Assembly (NCBI RefSeq): GCF_009834535.1
Contig: NC_045713.1
Span: 18,228,001-18,292,000, forward strand
Length of the DNA: 64,000 bases
Origin: Camelus ferus
Taxonomy: Eukaryota
Reading direction: 5' to 3'
The translations under genes and the position numbers were made by a program. Below the pieces are notes generated by a model that saw nothing but the letters and a program-made list of their open reading frames with translations, had not been told where the DNA came from and did no database searches. Below are positions 53,501 to 64,000 of the stretch, one piece after another. Each line of letters starts with the position of its first letter. Within the stretch, counting starts at the first letter, position 1.

Positions 53501-55425
53501 TTCCCTGGGCAGAGCCATTAGCTACCAAGTCCTACCTGAGTAATGTCTTTGTCATCTGTTCAAGTTTAACTCCCCATCTTGGCTTCTAGAATGTGTATCA
53601 CCTACAGCCAAGGCCAGATCATGTCAGGAGACTCAGCAATGTCTCACTGAATGGAGGAGAAGGCAGGGTGTTATCATGGATTGGAAGTCAGGAGACCTGG
53701 TTTCTTGACCTTGGGTGAGTCCTTTTTCTCTCTGAGCCTCAGTTTCCCCATTTGAAAAATCAGGTTGGACTTGATCTCTAAGGGCCTTCATTCTTACGTC
53801 TGCCATCTAATGATCTATAAAACACTTGCTGAAATGTTCTGGTTCTGGGAATGACAAACCCACCTGGGTTTTTCTCATTCTTGTGTTGACCGAGTTATAA
53901 TTCTCATCAGCTTCCTCCTTCTGGGGCTCTATGGCTGTGGGAAGACACAAAGGTATTGGTGGAGGAAAGGGTTAGACCTGTGGCTTCTGAAATTCATCTG
54001 GGGACTAACACACAGGGCCACATTCATACCCCAGCCACCTAGCCATACAACAGAGAATTGCTTATCTCCATAGGATTTTTTTGGAAGTATAATTTATCAT
54101 AAAATGACTAATTCTGAGCCTCTGAAAGGAGAAAGTATATTTTTCTTTGCAATAAATACATCAGAGAATTCCCACAAGTATGCAGAGGCCTCCTAACAAA
54201 ACCTCCATCTGCCTACCCAAAGAATGCACACTGGGCAGCAAGAATTGTAGGAGTACAGCTGATCCTTGCACAACATGGGTTTGAACTGCATGGGTCCACT
54301 TATACCTGGATTTTAAAAAAATAAATGCATACTCAGTACTACACAATGCATGGCTGGTTGAAACTATCCACACAGAACCTGGGACTTGGAGCACGGACTA
54401 TACAGTTATATGCAGATCATGACTAGGGCAGGGGAGTTGGCAACTCTAACCTCCACATTGGTCAAGGGTCAAATGTAAATGGTTTCACTATAAATAGGGG
54501 AGCCTGAGAGGCAGGCATATGTGGAAAGAAATTAGGATTGGAAACCAGAAGATGCAGATTCTAGATGTAGGCCTATTGTGTGACCTGGATATATATCACT
54601 GGCCTCTCTGGGCCATACACTTCCCAGATATACCAGGAGCTGGGCAGGACCAGAGGAAAGTATCTGAGGTCCTAAGAGCTTACCCTTTAGCTGCGCGCGG
54701 ATGTCCCTCCCCAGCTGTTTGATCTCGTCGCGCAGGTTCTGCAGGTCCTGCTTCATGCCTGAACAAGAGAAAGCCAAGTTTCCCAAACAGCAGCCTGTAC
54801 CTCAACAAATCTCCCTGGCCACCATCTGCGTGGAACTACAATCCCCACAATCCCTCTGGCTAAGCATGCGTTCTGCACCGGGTTTCCACTCACTCTCCTC
54901 GGGAAGGGGCGTGGCCAGGATGGTGACCTGCTGCTTCTCCAACTCTCGGACTTTATTCTCCAGCTTGACAATAGTCTGCCGAATTGTCCGGACCTGGGGG
55001 TAATGACCGAAAGGGCAGAAGGAGGTATAGGGGTACTCCAGACCGCACTGCTTCTTGAGTCCTCCAGGCCCCTCGTGAATCCAGGCCGAGACCCCAGCCT
55101 CTTACCTTCTGGAAGAACTCATCGTCCGGGCTCCCCAGTCGTGCCGTGCCCGGGTGTACCACCAGCGCGACGCGCTCCTTGTCCTCATCGTCCGAGCTGT
55201 CATCCCCCTGCCAGGGTCGGGGTCACTGGCATCACTTCCTTGCTGTCGCTCTCGCCCCGCAGGACTCACGGGCTTCCGGGTCTTTCCTTACTAGCCCACA
55301 GCTACCCCTCCCTGCCCCGAACACCAGGAGTCCTGCATTCCAGCCAGACCCCACCCCATCCGCCCGTCCCCAACCCTGCTGCGCCGACTTCTCACCTGCC
55401 TCAGTTCGCGGGTCCTGTCCCGCAT
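50529..55425 (-). CDS. STX4: Syntaxin-4; 10 coding exons, 297 aa; exon 6 not visible (N run)
   Basis: Exons 55396-55425, 55106-55207, 54894-54993, 54684-54758, 53864-53934, [109-nt exon expected in the N run 52236-52375], 52107-52183, 51734-51871, 50699-50809, 50529-50609. MRDRTRELRQ, SNARE helix RQALNEISARHSEIQQLE, C-terminal TM KKIFIAICLSVTVLILVVIISVSTLV*. Confidence 0.96.
52236..52375. other. N run (140 nt) at the expected position of STX4 exon 6
   Basis: The run itself is directly visible; the exon content is inferred. Confidence 0.9.
54256..54475. mobile_element. Tigger4-like TcMar MITE in STX4 intron 4
   Basis: TA-flanked. Terminal inverted repeats cagctgatccttg / caagggtcaaatg. Confidence 0.75.
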
Positions 55426-55429
55426 GGCG

Positions 55430-56110
55430 GCCCCAGCTCCCTCTCCCCGGCGCCGGAGCCGGGAGGGCCTCAAGATTTTAAGTTTGGAACTCCCGTACCC
55501 CACTCACACCCTGACACTCCCCTCCGCCCTCACCTTGCGGACCCCAAAGCCCCCAACCAGCCACCAGAGGCTCTGTCCTTGGCACCATTCACAGTCAAGG
55601 GAAGGAGCCGACCTCGGGGACCCCCAAGTTTCCACAGGTTGGAATTCCCTTTTCTTTCCCCCCTCCCGCTCCCGTAGCCTCGGCCCCGCCCCCTCTGGGA
55701 TGACTGGAGCATGCGCATGGGGTCGCGTCTCTTCCCCTCTCGAAGGAAAGGCGGAGGTCGGAAGCCACAGTGCCCTGAACGGAAGCGAAATTGCCAGGAC
55801 GTGAGAACCCGCCCCCTTTGCCGGAACTATCGCATCTTCCAACGGAAATCTGGTTGCCAAAAGGGGTGGGAATGCGTCATTGGTACGTAGTCTGAGAGGC
55901 CCCACATCTCACATCACCCCATAGTGCACCCCCCCGCGTCACGTGACCAGCCGGGTACCAGCGTCTCCGACCATAGAACGTGACACTTCGAGTGTCACGT
56001 GTCTCGGCTCTGTCAACTCTGGCTCTGGAACACCTATCTCCCCAGTGTCCTCGGCACCCCGCCGCCCGCGTTACCCACCTTCAGCCCCCACGGGGCGAGG
56101 AGAGGGCACT
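55430..56110 (-). promoter_or_regulatory. STX4 CpG-island promoter with NRF1, ETS and CLEAR/E-box sites
   Basis: GCATGCGCATG at 55709-55719, cggaag sites, GTCACGTGAC at 55938-55947, GTCACGTGTC at 55994-56003. Confidence 0.8.
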
Positions 56111-59100
56111 GAGTATCCCCAGAGACCTTTTGAGGCAGTAGGTGGTAGGACCCTGGCTGAATTCGGCTTTATTTCTTTCGGGTCTAGAGGTGTGGGCAGA
56201 CTGACGCCTTAGGATTTGGGGTTGTGAACATCATGAGACCTTGAAACTCAGAAAATAATAAGATCCAGCGTCAGAGTGTTGCAGGGTTTTGTAGGCAGAG
56301 AATCTGGGGGTGGGAAGTGACCTCACCCGAGGCAAAAGTTTCTCCCGCATACTCCTGGCACAGCTTCTGACAGGTGGGCGGCTGGCACCGGTTTGAGCAC
56401 TGCAGTCCCGCCGCACTCACTACCTTCTGAGCAGTGAGACCATTTCAGGGCAGCTCAGGCTGGAAGAGTCTGTTATACTGAGCAGCAAGTCACCTACACC
56501 CTGCCCTCTGCCCCAACTTGCACCAGGTCTACCCTCTGGAGTCCACCCAAAACTTCCACATTATAGTGGCCTGTGTGCTCTTGAGGTGAGGGCATGACTT
56601 GTGTGGTTCTCACCCGAATCCCCAGCACCTAGTTCAGTACCCAGCACAGACTGGGCCCGCAGTAAATACTTGTGGACAGAATTTTAGCCTTTTTTCTGAA
56701 GATGAAGCTTATCATTCCCTAGTCTTCTCTTAATTTAAGCTTCAGGCGCTCACGGTGACACTTCCGTAACCCTGACCCTCTAGATGTTCATTCCATTCAG
56801 TGGATATTTATTGGGCACTTACTATGGGCCAGACACTGTTCCAGGAGCCGGAGATACATCGAGACGAAAATGCCTTAGACTTTTGGAACCTACATTCTAT
56901 AGGAGGAGGCCCCAAGGCTACTCAGTGAGTTTCAGCATAGCCGGAATGAATATTAGGTCTCCTGGACCCCAGAACTCTGGCCAGGGAGCTTATATGAAGG
57001 TCAAGCAAGGGAAGGAAGGACCTCTCTCTAGTATGTCCTGTTAAGGAAGCCTAGATTTCTGTGACTGAGTTGCTGTGGACTTCTGGAAAGTCACTTCTTG
57101 TCTCTGGGCCTTGATCTCCCATCTCTACAGTGGGTGGCAGTAGGGGGGTGGAGAGATAGCCTTTATGGGTATTCCCTGCTCTAAAGTTCAATGATAATGA
57201 GGTTGGAAACTGTCAAGTGCTGTCTAACTCTGTGTGAGGGGCTTTGATCCTTCTCCTCTTCCCTTTAGTCTCCAGCTGCCTGGGGCTGGGAATGAAGGAG
57301 AGAAGCTGGTGCTGCTCCAAGTAGCCAGAGAAGGAGTGAAGATGAGGGGGTTAAATGAAGGGCTCAGGAGGCCCAGCTCTGCCCTTGGGGGTCCCCTGGA
57401 GATCATGAGGAAGAATTTCTCTGCTCTTGGGTCTTCCATCTCAGCCTCTGCCTCCCTGCCCCACCTCCTTTCTTTCTCTGTCTCTGTCTCCATCTCTAGT
57501 CTCTCTGTCTCCCTTAGTGGTAGAGTGGAAAGGCTTTTGGACATCTGACTCGTAGCCCTGTGTGTGAATAATTCATTGTTCCTCTCTGGGACTTAGATTC
57601 GCCACTGGACCACTTGGTCTGGTAATTTCTGTTTTGCCTCAGGTAAGAACTGAGCAATATCAGGTGAGGTTATGAAAGGGTCTTGTAAACTGTTAAGGGT
57701 ACGCTCCTCTGCAGGCCTTTACTATGTGGGTTCCAGGTTTCTCTGGACCCACCAGTCCCATCTTCCTCTCTCCATTTCTTAGCCTTTTGATGATCTGCCT
57801 TCTTGGTTCCAGCTATGATCTGGATTTGTTGATGCCTTTGTTAAATTTCCAAGAATTATGATATTCATCATTTTATTTGTGGTCTCTGGGTGGAATCACA
57901 GGGCTTCAGGATGGTAACTTAAGGTCATAGCAGGCTGGGCTCAAAGCCTCACGGAGGAGAAGGGGAGCAGAGGCCATCTCAGGAGAATGGCTCTGGGGAT
58001 AGAACTTTCCAGAGCTGAGCCTTAATCTCTGTTTCATGGTCTGTTTTTACTCCTCTCAGGCCCTCTGAGTAGCCTCGAAGTGTGCATTAAGTGTATTGAG
58101 CCTTAGATGTGTGGCTGTTGGGGGAGGGGTATTTTCCTTTCAGTCTGGGTGAAGGTTAGACCCTACTTGATCATGACACTTGTCAGTTTGTCCTGTCCTC
58201 TCCATCTGCAGGTCCATCCTACCCACACTGGAACCAGATGACCTGGTTGGGAATCCCAGCTCATTCACGAGCTGTATAAGCCCGTAAGGCAAGTTACTTA
58301 ACCTTCTCTATGCCTCAGTTTCCTCATTTGAAAACTGGTAACAGTAACAGTACCAATCTCAGGGGGTTGCCTTAAGGATTCAATGTGATGATGTGTGTAA
58401 AGTGAAAAGAACAGTGTCTGGAACTGAACAAGTGCTCTATAAGTGTTTGCTGCTGTTACATGACAGTGATGATAATGATTGTCACTCTGAGGATGTCAGC
58501 AGCTCCAGTGTCTCTGTCAGGGATTCCACGCTACTGCTCATCCAGGGTCTTCCTTCCTCTTCCCATCTCCTGAGCCCCCTGTGCCCCAGACCCTAGGCCA
58601 GGGGCCTTACCAACTCCTGCCCATCTCTCAAGTCTCCTCTTGGATCTGCCACAATATAGATGTTGCTTATTCATTTCATGTATTGTCTGTCTTCACCCCT
58701 CCTCCTCACCCTACTAGAATGTAAGCTCCATGAGGACAGGGATTTTCATCTGCATTATTCCCTGCTGTGTCCCCAGTACCTACACCAGTGCCTGGCACAT
58801 AGTCGCTGGTCAATAAATATTCATGAGGGAATGAAATGATTTCTTTTTATCTTAATAGTTACCTAGCATTTACTATGTGCCAGGCACCAATATAAGAACT
58901 TTGTAACTATTTACTTATTTCATCCTGGTATCGGTTCTACGAGATAGTTAACATTATTGTCCTCCTTTCATAGAGGAGGAAACTGAGGCAGAGACGTTGA
59001 GTAACTTGCCCAGAGTTATACACTAATGAATATGAGAGCTAGGATTTGATCCCAGAAAGTGAAGCTCCAGACTCCGCTCTACATGAAAAAATTCTTCATG

Positions 59101-59750
59101 ACAGAAAAAAAATCAAAGCAAAATCAAAAGACATCAAACTGGGGAAAAATATTTGCCATTCTTATCATACGCAAAGGGCTAATCTCCCTGTTGTTTAGAT
59201 AGCTCCCACATATTGATAAGTAAGACCAAGGGTTCAATTAAAAAATGGACCAAGAACATGATAGACAGATCACAAAAAAAGACAATAAGGGCTTAAACAC
59301 ATGTGCAGGTGTTCATCTTTGCACATAATTTCGAGAAATGAAAAGATAATACTGAAGTATCATTATTTACTGCATTAGCAAAATTCATATGTCTGACAAA
59401 ACACTCTTTTGGCCAAACTGAGGGGAAACCGGAATTTTCACTCATTGTTGAGGGGGTTGCAAAGTGATACAACCCAGATAATATTTATCAAAATTCTGGA
59501 CGCAGGAATCCCACTTCTGAAAAGCTGTCTGAAAGGTAAATCGGTTCGCTCCTCCTTCATGAGAAACCACCCCAATACTCACCGGCATAAAACAACAAGG
59601 ATTTATTGTTTCTCCAGATTCTAAGGATCGCTGGGTGGTTTTGCTGCTGGTCTTACCTTAGGTTACTCAGTTGACGCGGTCAGCTGGCACTGTGGCTGGA
59701 GTTGGATGGCCCATGAGGGCCTCTCTCATACGTACATGTCTGGGACCGTA

Positions 59751-59913
59751 TTTCTTTTTTTTTTTTTTTTTAATTTATTTTTTATTTATTTTTTGAAGGG
59801 GGAGGAAACTAGGCTTATTCATTTATTTATTTTTAGAGAAGGAACTGAGAATTGTAACCCAGAGCCTTGTGCATGCTAGCATGAGCTCTCCCAAGTGAGC
59901 TATACCCTCCCCC
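59751..59913 (-). mobile_element. Camelid-type tRNA SINE (more diverged), inside an MLT1-like LTR
   Basis: The minus strand reads ggggagggtatagctcacttgggagagctcatgctagcatgcacaaggctctggg, followed by an (AAAT)n/A tail. Confidence 0.8.
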
Positions 59914-61872
59914 GCCAGGACCTCATCTCTGATGGCCCAGTTGGTTGGGACGATGCCTGCACCACTCTCTCCTGGGTTTCTTCATAGCATAGTGGCCTCA
60001 GGGTTCCAAGAGGGTGAGAGTAGAAGCCGCAAGATCTCATGAGGCCCTGCTCAGAAGTTGCACAACATTACTTCCACCATATTCTGTTAGTCAAAGAGAC
60101 TCACAAATCCATAAGGGCTGCAAAGAGTGAAGAAATGGATGCTGACTCTGGTTTTGATGGAGAGAAAGGCTAGAATGAGCTCCCTGGGAGGCACATACCG
60201 GTTGACCAGGAGAATGTTTCAGTAATCCAGGGTTTCTGCCTGGATTGAATCCCAGCTCCTGTCTTCAGTATGTTACTTAAACTCTTCACTTTGGTTTCCT
60301 GATAAGTAAACAGAGGTAATAATAACAGTAACCCCACATGGTTGTTGTGAAGATTAAATGAATTAACACGTTTAAAACAGAGCTTGACACAGGATAAACA
60401 CTCTGCAAGAATTAGTTATGACTCTCACTATTAGTCGTAGTGTTATTAACATTATATTCATTTTAAGGGTTCAGGATGATTTGAACAGGCAGTGGAAATA
60501 GTGAGGAGAGGGATGTGTGACCAAATTCCAGGGGCCTAATGAATATAACCTGAAAAATGGATTTGAGGGATGGAGGAACAGGAAGGGGCACACACCAGAA
60601 TAACAGTGCTCTTTCACATCTGCTTGAATTGAGATTTTCAAGTTCACAAATGGCTTTCATGCTTGTTTTCACAGTAAATCTCCTGCTGTGCCTGAGGGGT
60701 GCATATTATAGCCCATTTTTCAGATTTGGAAACTAGGGCTTAGAGAAGTTAGGTAACTGGCTCCATGGGGACAGGCTGCTCTTTGCTCTGCTCTCCACTG
60801 TGTCTCTAGCCACAGAATGTAGTCCTTTCACAAAGAGTAGGGCCTCAAGAAATTCCGGTTAATGGATGAATAGGTCAAATGGGTATTCATTCTTTTGTTC
60901 CTAAGCACAGCAGGTGTGATACGTCCTGTGCCAGGTACCATAGCAGAGCAAAGATTAATCAGATAGGATCCTTGAATATGAGGCACTCAGAGCCCAACAG
61001 ATTAACCAGCTGTGTGTACATTTTGCCACCTGAAGCACTGAGGCTTCCTTGAAGGGCAGGTGCTCTGGGAAGTAACCCAGACCTACAGCAAAAGTAAACC
61101 TTTGTTTATTAAGTCACTGAGATTTGGGGGATGTTTGTTATGTAGCATAACCTAGCATTAGCCTTGGCTAGCTGATATTCCATGGTTCTCAAACTTGACT
61201 GAAAATAAGAATTGCCAGAGGTAACTGCTAAAAACCCAGATTCCTGGGCCCCAACCCGGATCTACTGACTTAGAATTTCCAGGGAAGAGACCTGTATATT
61301 TAATAGGCTTGCCCTCCAGCTTCGGGAGGGTCAAGAAAGACTCCTGTGGCTAAACTTGGAATGGAAGAGTAGGAACTGGGCTTGGGGATGGGAGAGGGAA
61401 GGGTATTCCAAGGCTCAGGAACAACATGAGAAAAGGCATGGATTGGGGAATTGCAGGGACTGGCTTGGGACTAGGTATGTGGGGGATGGTGGTATGTGCT
61501 AAAGTGGGAAGTCAGGTTAGGAAGCCTGGGCTTTATCTCATTGGCAATGGGGAATTGGAGTGGTTTTCTGAGCAGGAGCTGGCTTTGTTATATTGATGGT
61601 CCAGGTGATCCACCTCCCAGGGTTACTGAGTGGACTTTTAAGTGATCATAGATGTGTTGAGTTCAAATCACTGCCCCATGAGAGGAATTACCGTTGTTAT
61701 CACATGGCGTGTATTTGTGACCGTCCTTAGAGCCGCAACCAGATTTGAGTTATGCGTCTTTCACTCATTCATTCATTCAACAAATATTTATTGAGCACCT
61801 ACTATGTGACAGGTGCCATAGTGCCACTGGAGAACCAGCAAGAGACAAAACAAGCAAAATTCCCTGCCTTCA

Positions 61873-62739
61873 AGTCCTGAACAGACATTGTTCCAAAGAG
61901 GACATGTAGAAGGCCAACAGGCCCATGAAAAGATGCTCAGCATTGCAAATCAAAACCACAATCACCTCACTCCTGACAGAATGACCATCATCCAAAAGAA
62001 CGCAAGTAACAAATGTTGACAAGGATGTGGAGAAACGGGAACCCTTGTACGCTGTTGATGGGAATGTAAATTGGTACAGTCACTGAGGAAAACAGTATGG
62101 AGGTTTCACAAAACACTAAAAATAGAACTACCATACAACCAGGAATTCCGTTCCTGGGTATATACCTAAAAAAAACAAAAACACTAATTCAAAAAGATAC
62201 ATGTACCCCAATGTTTATAGCAGCATTATCTGCAATTGCCAAGATATGGAAACAACTTAATTGTCCATCAACAGATGAAGGGATTAAGAAGATGTGATCT
62301 ATATGAACAATGGAATATTACTCAGCCATAAAAAGAATGAAATTTTGCCATTTGCAACAACATGGATGGACTTGGAGGGTATTACGCTAAGTGAAATACA
62401 TCAGACATGGAAAGACAAATACTATATAATATCACTTCTATATGTAATCTAAAAAATACAACAAACTAGTGAATATAACAAAAAAGAAACAGAATCACAG
62501 ATATAAAGGACAAACCAGTGGGGAGAGGGAAGTGGGGAGGGGCAATATAGGGGTAGGGGATTAAGATGTACAAACTATTATGTATAAAATAAGCTACTAA
62601 GATATACTGTACAACACAGGGAATATAGCCAATATTTTAGAGTAACTATAAATAGAGTACAACCTTTAAAAAATTGTAAATCATTTAAGTGTACACTTGT
62701 AACTTATATAATACTGTACATCAATTATATTTCAATTTA
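61873..62739 (+). mobile_element. 5'-truncated L1 (end of ORF2 plus 3' UTR) inserted into an L2 remnant
   Basis: ORF2 C-terminal remnant ...LGIYLKKTKTLIQKDTCTPMFIAAL...IAKIWKQ. About 17-bp TSD aaaattccctgccttca (61856-61872) / aaaaatccctgccttca (62740-62756). L2 tail ttcattcattcaacaaatatttattgagcacct lies upstream. Confidence 0.9.
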
Positions 62740-62870
62740 AAAAATCCCTGCCTTCATGGAACTTACTTTCTTTGTCTTAATGCCTGGGTAAAGGTGTGAG
62801 GGAAGATGCCATGCATTAATTCAGCTCTTCACTCAGATTATTATTATTTTTAATTAAAAAAAATTTTTTT

Positions 62871-63034
62871 CTGGGGAAAGCTCGAACACAGTCCTCCACT
62901 ATCACAAATTATACAGCTGAGCTTCCCACGTTTGGGGAAATCGCAGGGTTCAGCACATCCAGAGCACAATGGGTAAGCCTCGCCCTGGGAAAACCACCTT
63001 CCTGATCATGGCATCTCCCCTGCCAGGCAAGTAT
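62871..63034 (-). pseudogene. RNU1 (pseudogene): Full-length (164 nt) retrotransposed U1 snRNA pseudogene
   Basis: The minus strand ATACTTGCCTGGCAGGGGAGATGCCATGATCAGGAAGGTGGTTTTCCCAGGGCGAGGC...ATAATTTGTGATAGTGG...CTTTCCCCAG aligns end to end with U1 (about 18 substitutions by my count). A-rich tail. 12-bp TSD ttcactcagatt at 62828-62839 and 63035-63046. Confidence 0.95.
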
Positions 63035-64000
63035 TTCACTCAGATTTTAGTGAGCGTCTACTTTGTGCCTCACCCATGTTGGTTGCTGGGGAGAAGCAGA
63101 AATGAGTCATTCCCAGGCTGTTCTAGTGTGGAAGTAGAATGAGCCCACACCGCATGAGGCTGTCTGCCTGGACCACTGTGACAGGCTTGAACTGGGCCTT
63201 GAAGGATGAGAAGTCTGTCTATCAAGGAAAGGGCAAAACAGCGTACCAGGCAGAGGAAACAACGCAGTGAAAGGCTCCAAGCTGTTCAGGGTCTATGATT
63301 CCTTGGTGTTGTTAAAGCGTGGGGTCCACAGAACAAGAAGGAAAGTGATAGGAGAGATGAGGTGATGGGGCTGCGGACCAAATGCTATTGAGTGTGATCC
63401 AGGAGGCTGAAGCAGGGTGGCTTTGTTAATGTGGGGGGTTGACGTTATCTTATTTGTTTGGTGGGCAATCACACTAACATCTGGGGAGAAAACTGGACAT
63501 GAAGGAAAATGGCTGCAGGCGGGAAGACCCAAAAGAAGGCTGTCAAAACAGAATTCATCCTGATTAGGAGGGGAGTTCTGGTGCCCCTGAAGGTCCAGTT
63601 ATGCTCCATCCCGCCCCTAATGCCCACCCCTCCTGCTGGTCCAGGTGAAAGCTCATGAGAGTCTAGACTGACCAGAGGTGGTGGGGATGAGGAGACCCAG
63701 GAGACAGCTCTGGGTTTGGCAGTTGAGGGAGGAGCTAGAACATTGTGGTTTTATAAGAATGGGCTTTCTAATCAAAAGATGCAGGCAAGAGTCCCAGCCC
63801 TGACCTTTACTTTGTTTAAGCAGGCCAAGTCTGTTTCCTGATCTGGACACTTGGGATAATAACAGTAGCTGCTGTGAGGTTGGGAGGATTATGGGAGCTA
63901 CTCAGTGAAGCACCTGGGAATTGGTGGATGCTCAGAGCATGGTAGCATTAATTGGATGGGGGAGAGAACCAAGGACAGCTTTCTGTCTGCTTTGGGTGAC

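Noticed and set aside
50529-55425. STX4 as a pseudogene because one exon is missing
   Set aside because: All visible exons are intact with canonical splice sites, and the missing 109 nt fit the N run at the expected position.
55528-55600. Upstream STX4 donor AAG|GTGAGG with an ATG (MVPRTEPLVAGWGLWGPQ) as an alternative N-terminus
   Set aside because: It ends in phase 1 while exon 2 needs phase 0. At most it is a non-coding or uORF-bearing alternative exon, and I have no supporting evidence.
57224-57650. Overlapping 104- and 106-codon ORFs on both strands plus a donor CAG|GTAAGA near 57643
   Set aside because: Part of it is low-complexity CT-rich sequence, with non-ATG starts and no homology. 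There is not enough support even for a lncRNA exon.
62097-62297. 66-aa ORF with a recognisable protein-like sequence
   Set aside because: It is the decayed C-terminus of L1 ORF2 in a 5'-truncated, frameshifted insertion.

Overview
Mammalian genomic DNA orthologous to human 16p11.2, in reverse orientation. It is probably camelid, judging by its tRNA-derived Vic-1-like SINEs. Gene order: BCKDK(-), VKORC1(+), PRSS53(+), ZNF646(-), ZNF668(+), STX4(-). I traced every coding exon by hand to GT/AG boundaries. Spliced lengths are BCKDK 412 aa (stop codon just left of base 1), VKORC1 163, PRSS53 553, ZNF646 1812, ZNF668 619 and STX4 297. STX4 exon 6 is not visible and almost certainly lies in a 140-nt N run. 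Intergenic and intronic DNA is mostly old transposable elements plus a full-length retrotransposed U1 snRNA copy. No prokaryotic-type systems and no clearly novel protein-coding gene were found. The most interesting signals are regulatory: (1) a 19-codon BCKDK uORF that a candidate distal first exon would extend in frame; (2) in-frame compatibility for a VKORC1-PRSS53 read-through fusion; (3) a CLEAR-box and palindrome cluster upstream of STX4; (4) promoter-like motifs inside ZNF668 intron 2 next to an in-frame ATG; (5) an orphan CpG-rich promoter with exon-like segments between ZNF668 and STX4. Ortholog comparisons come from my recollection of known sequences and should be verified by alignment.
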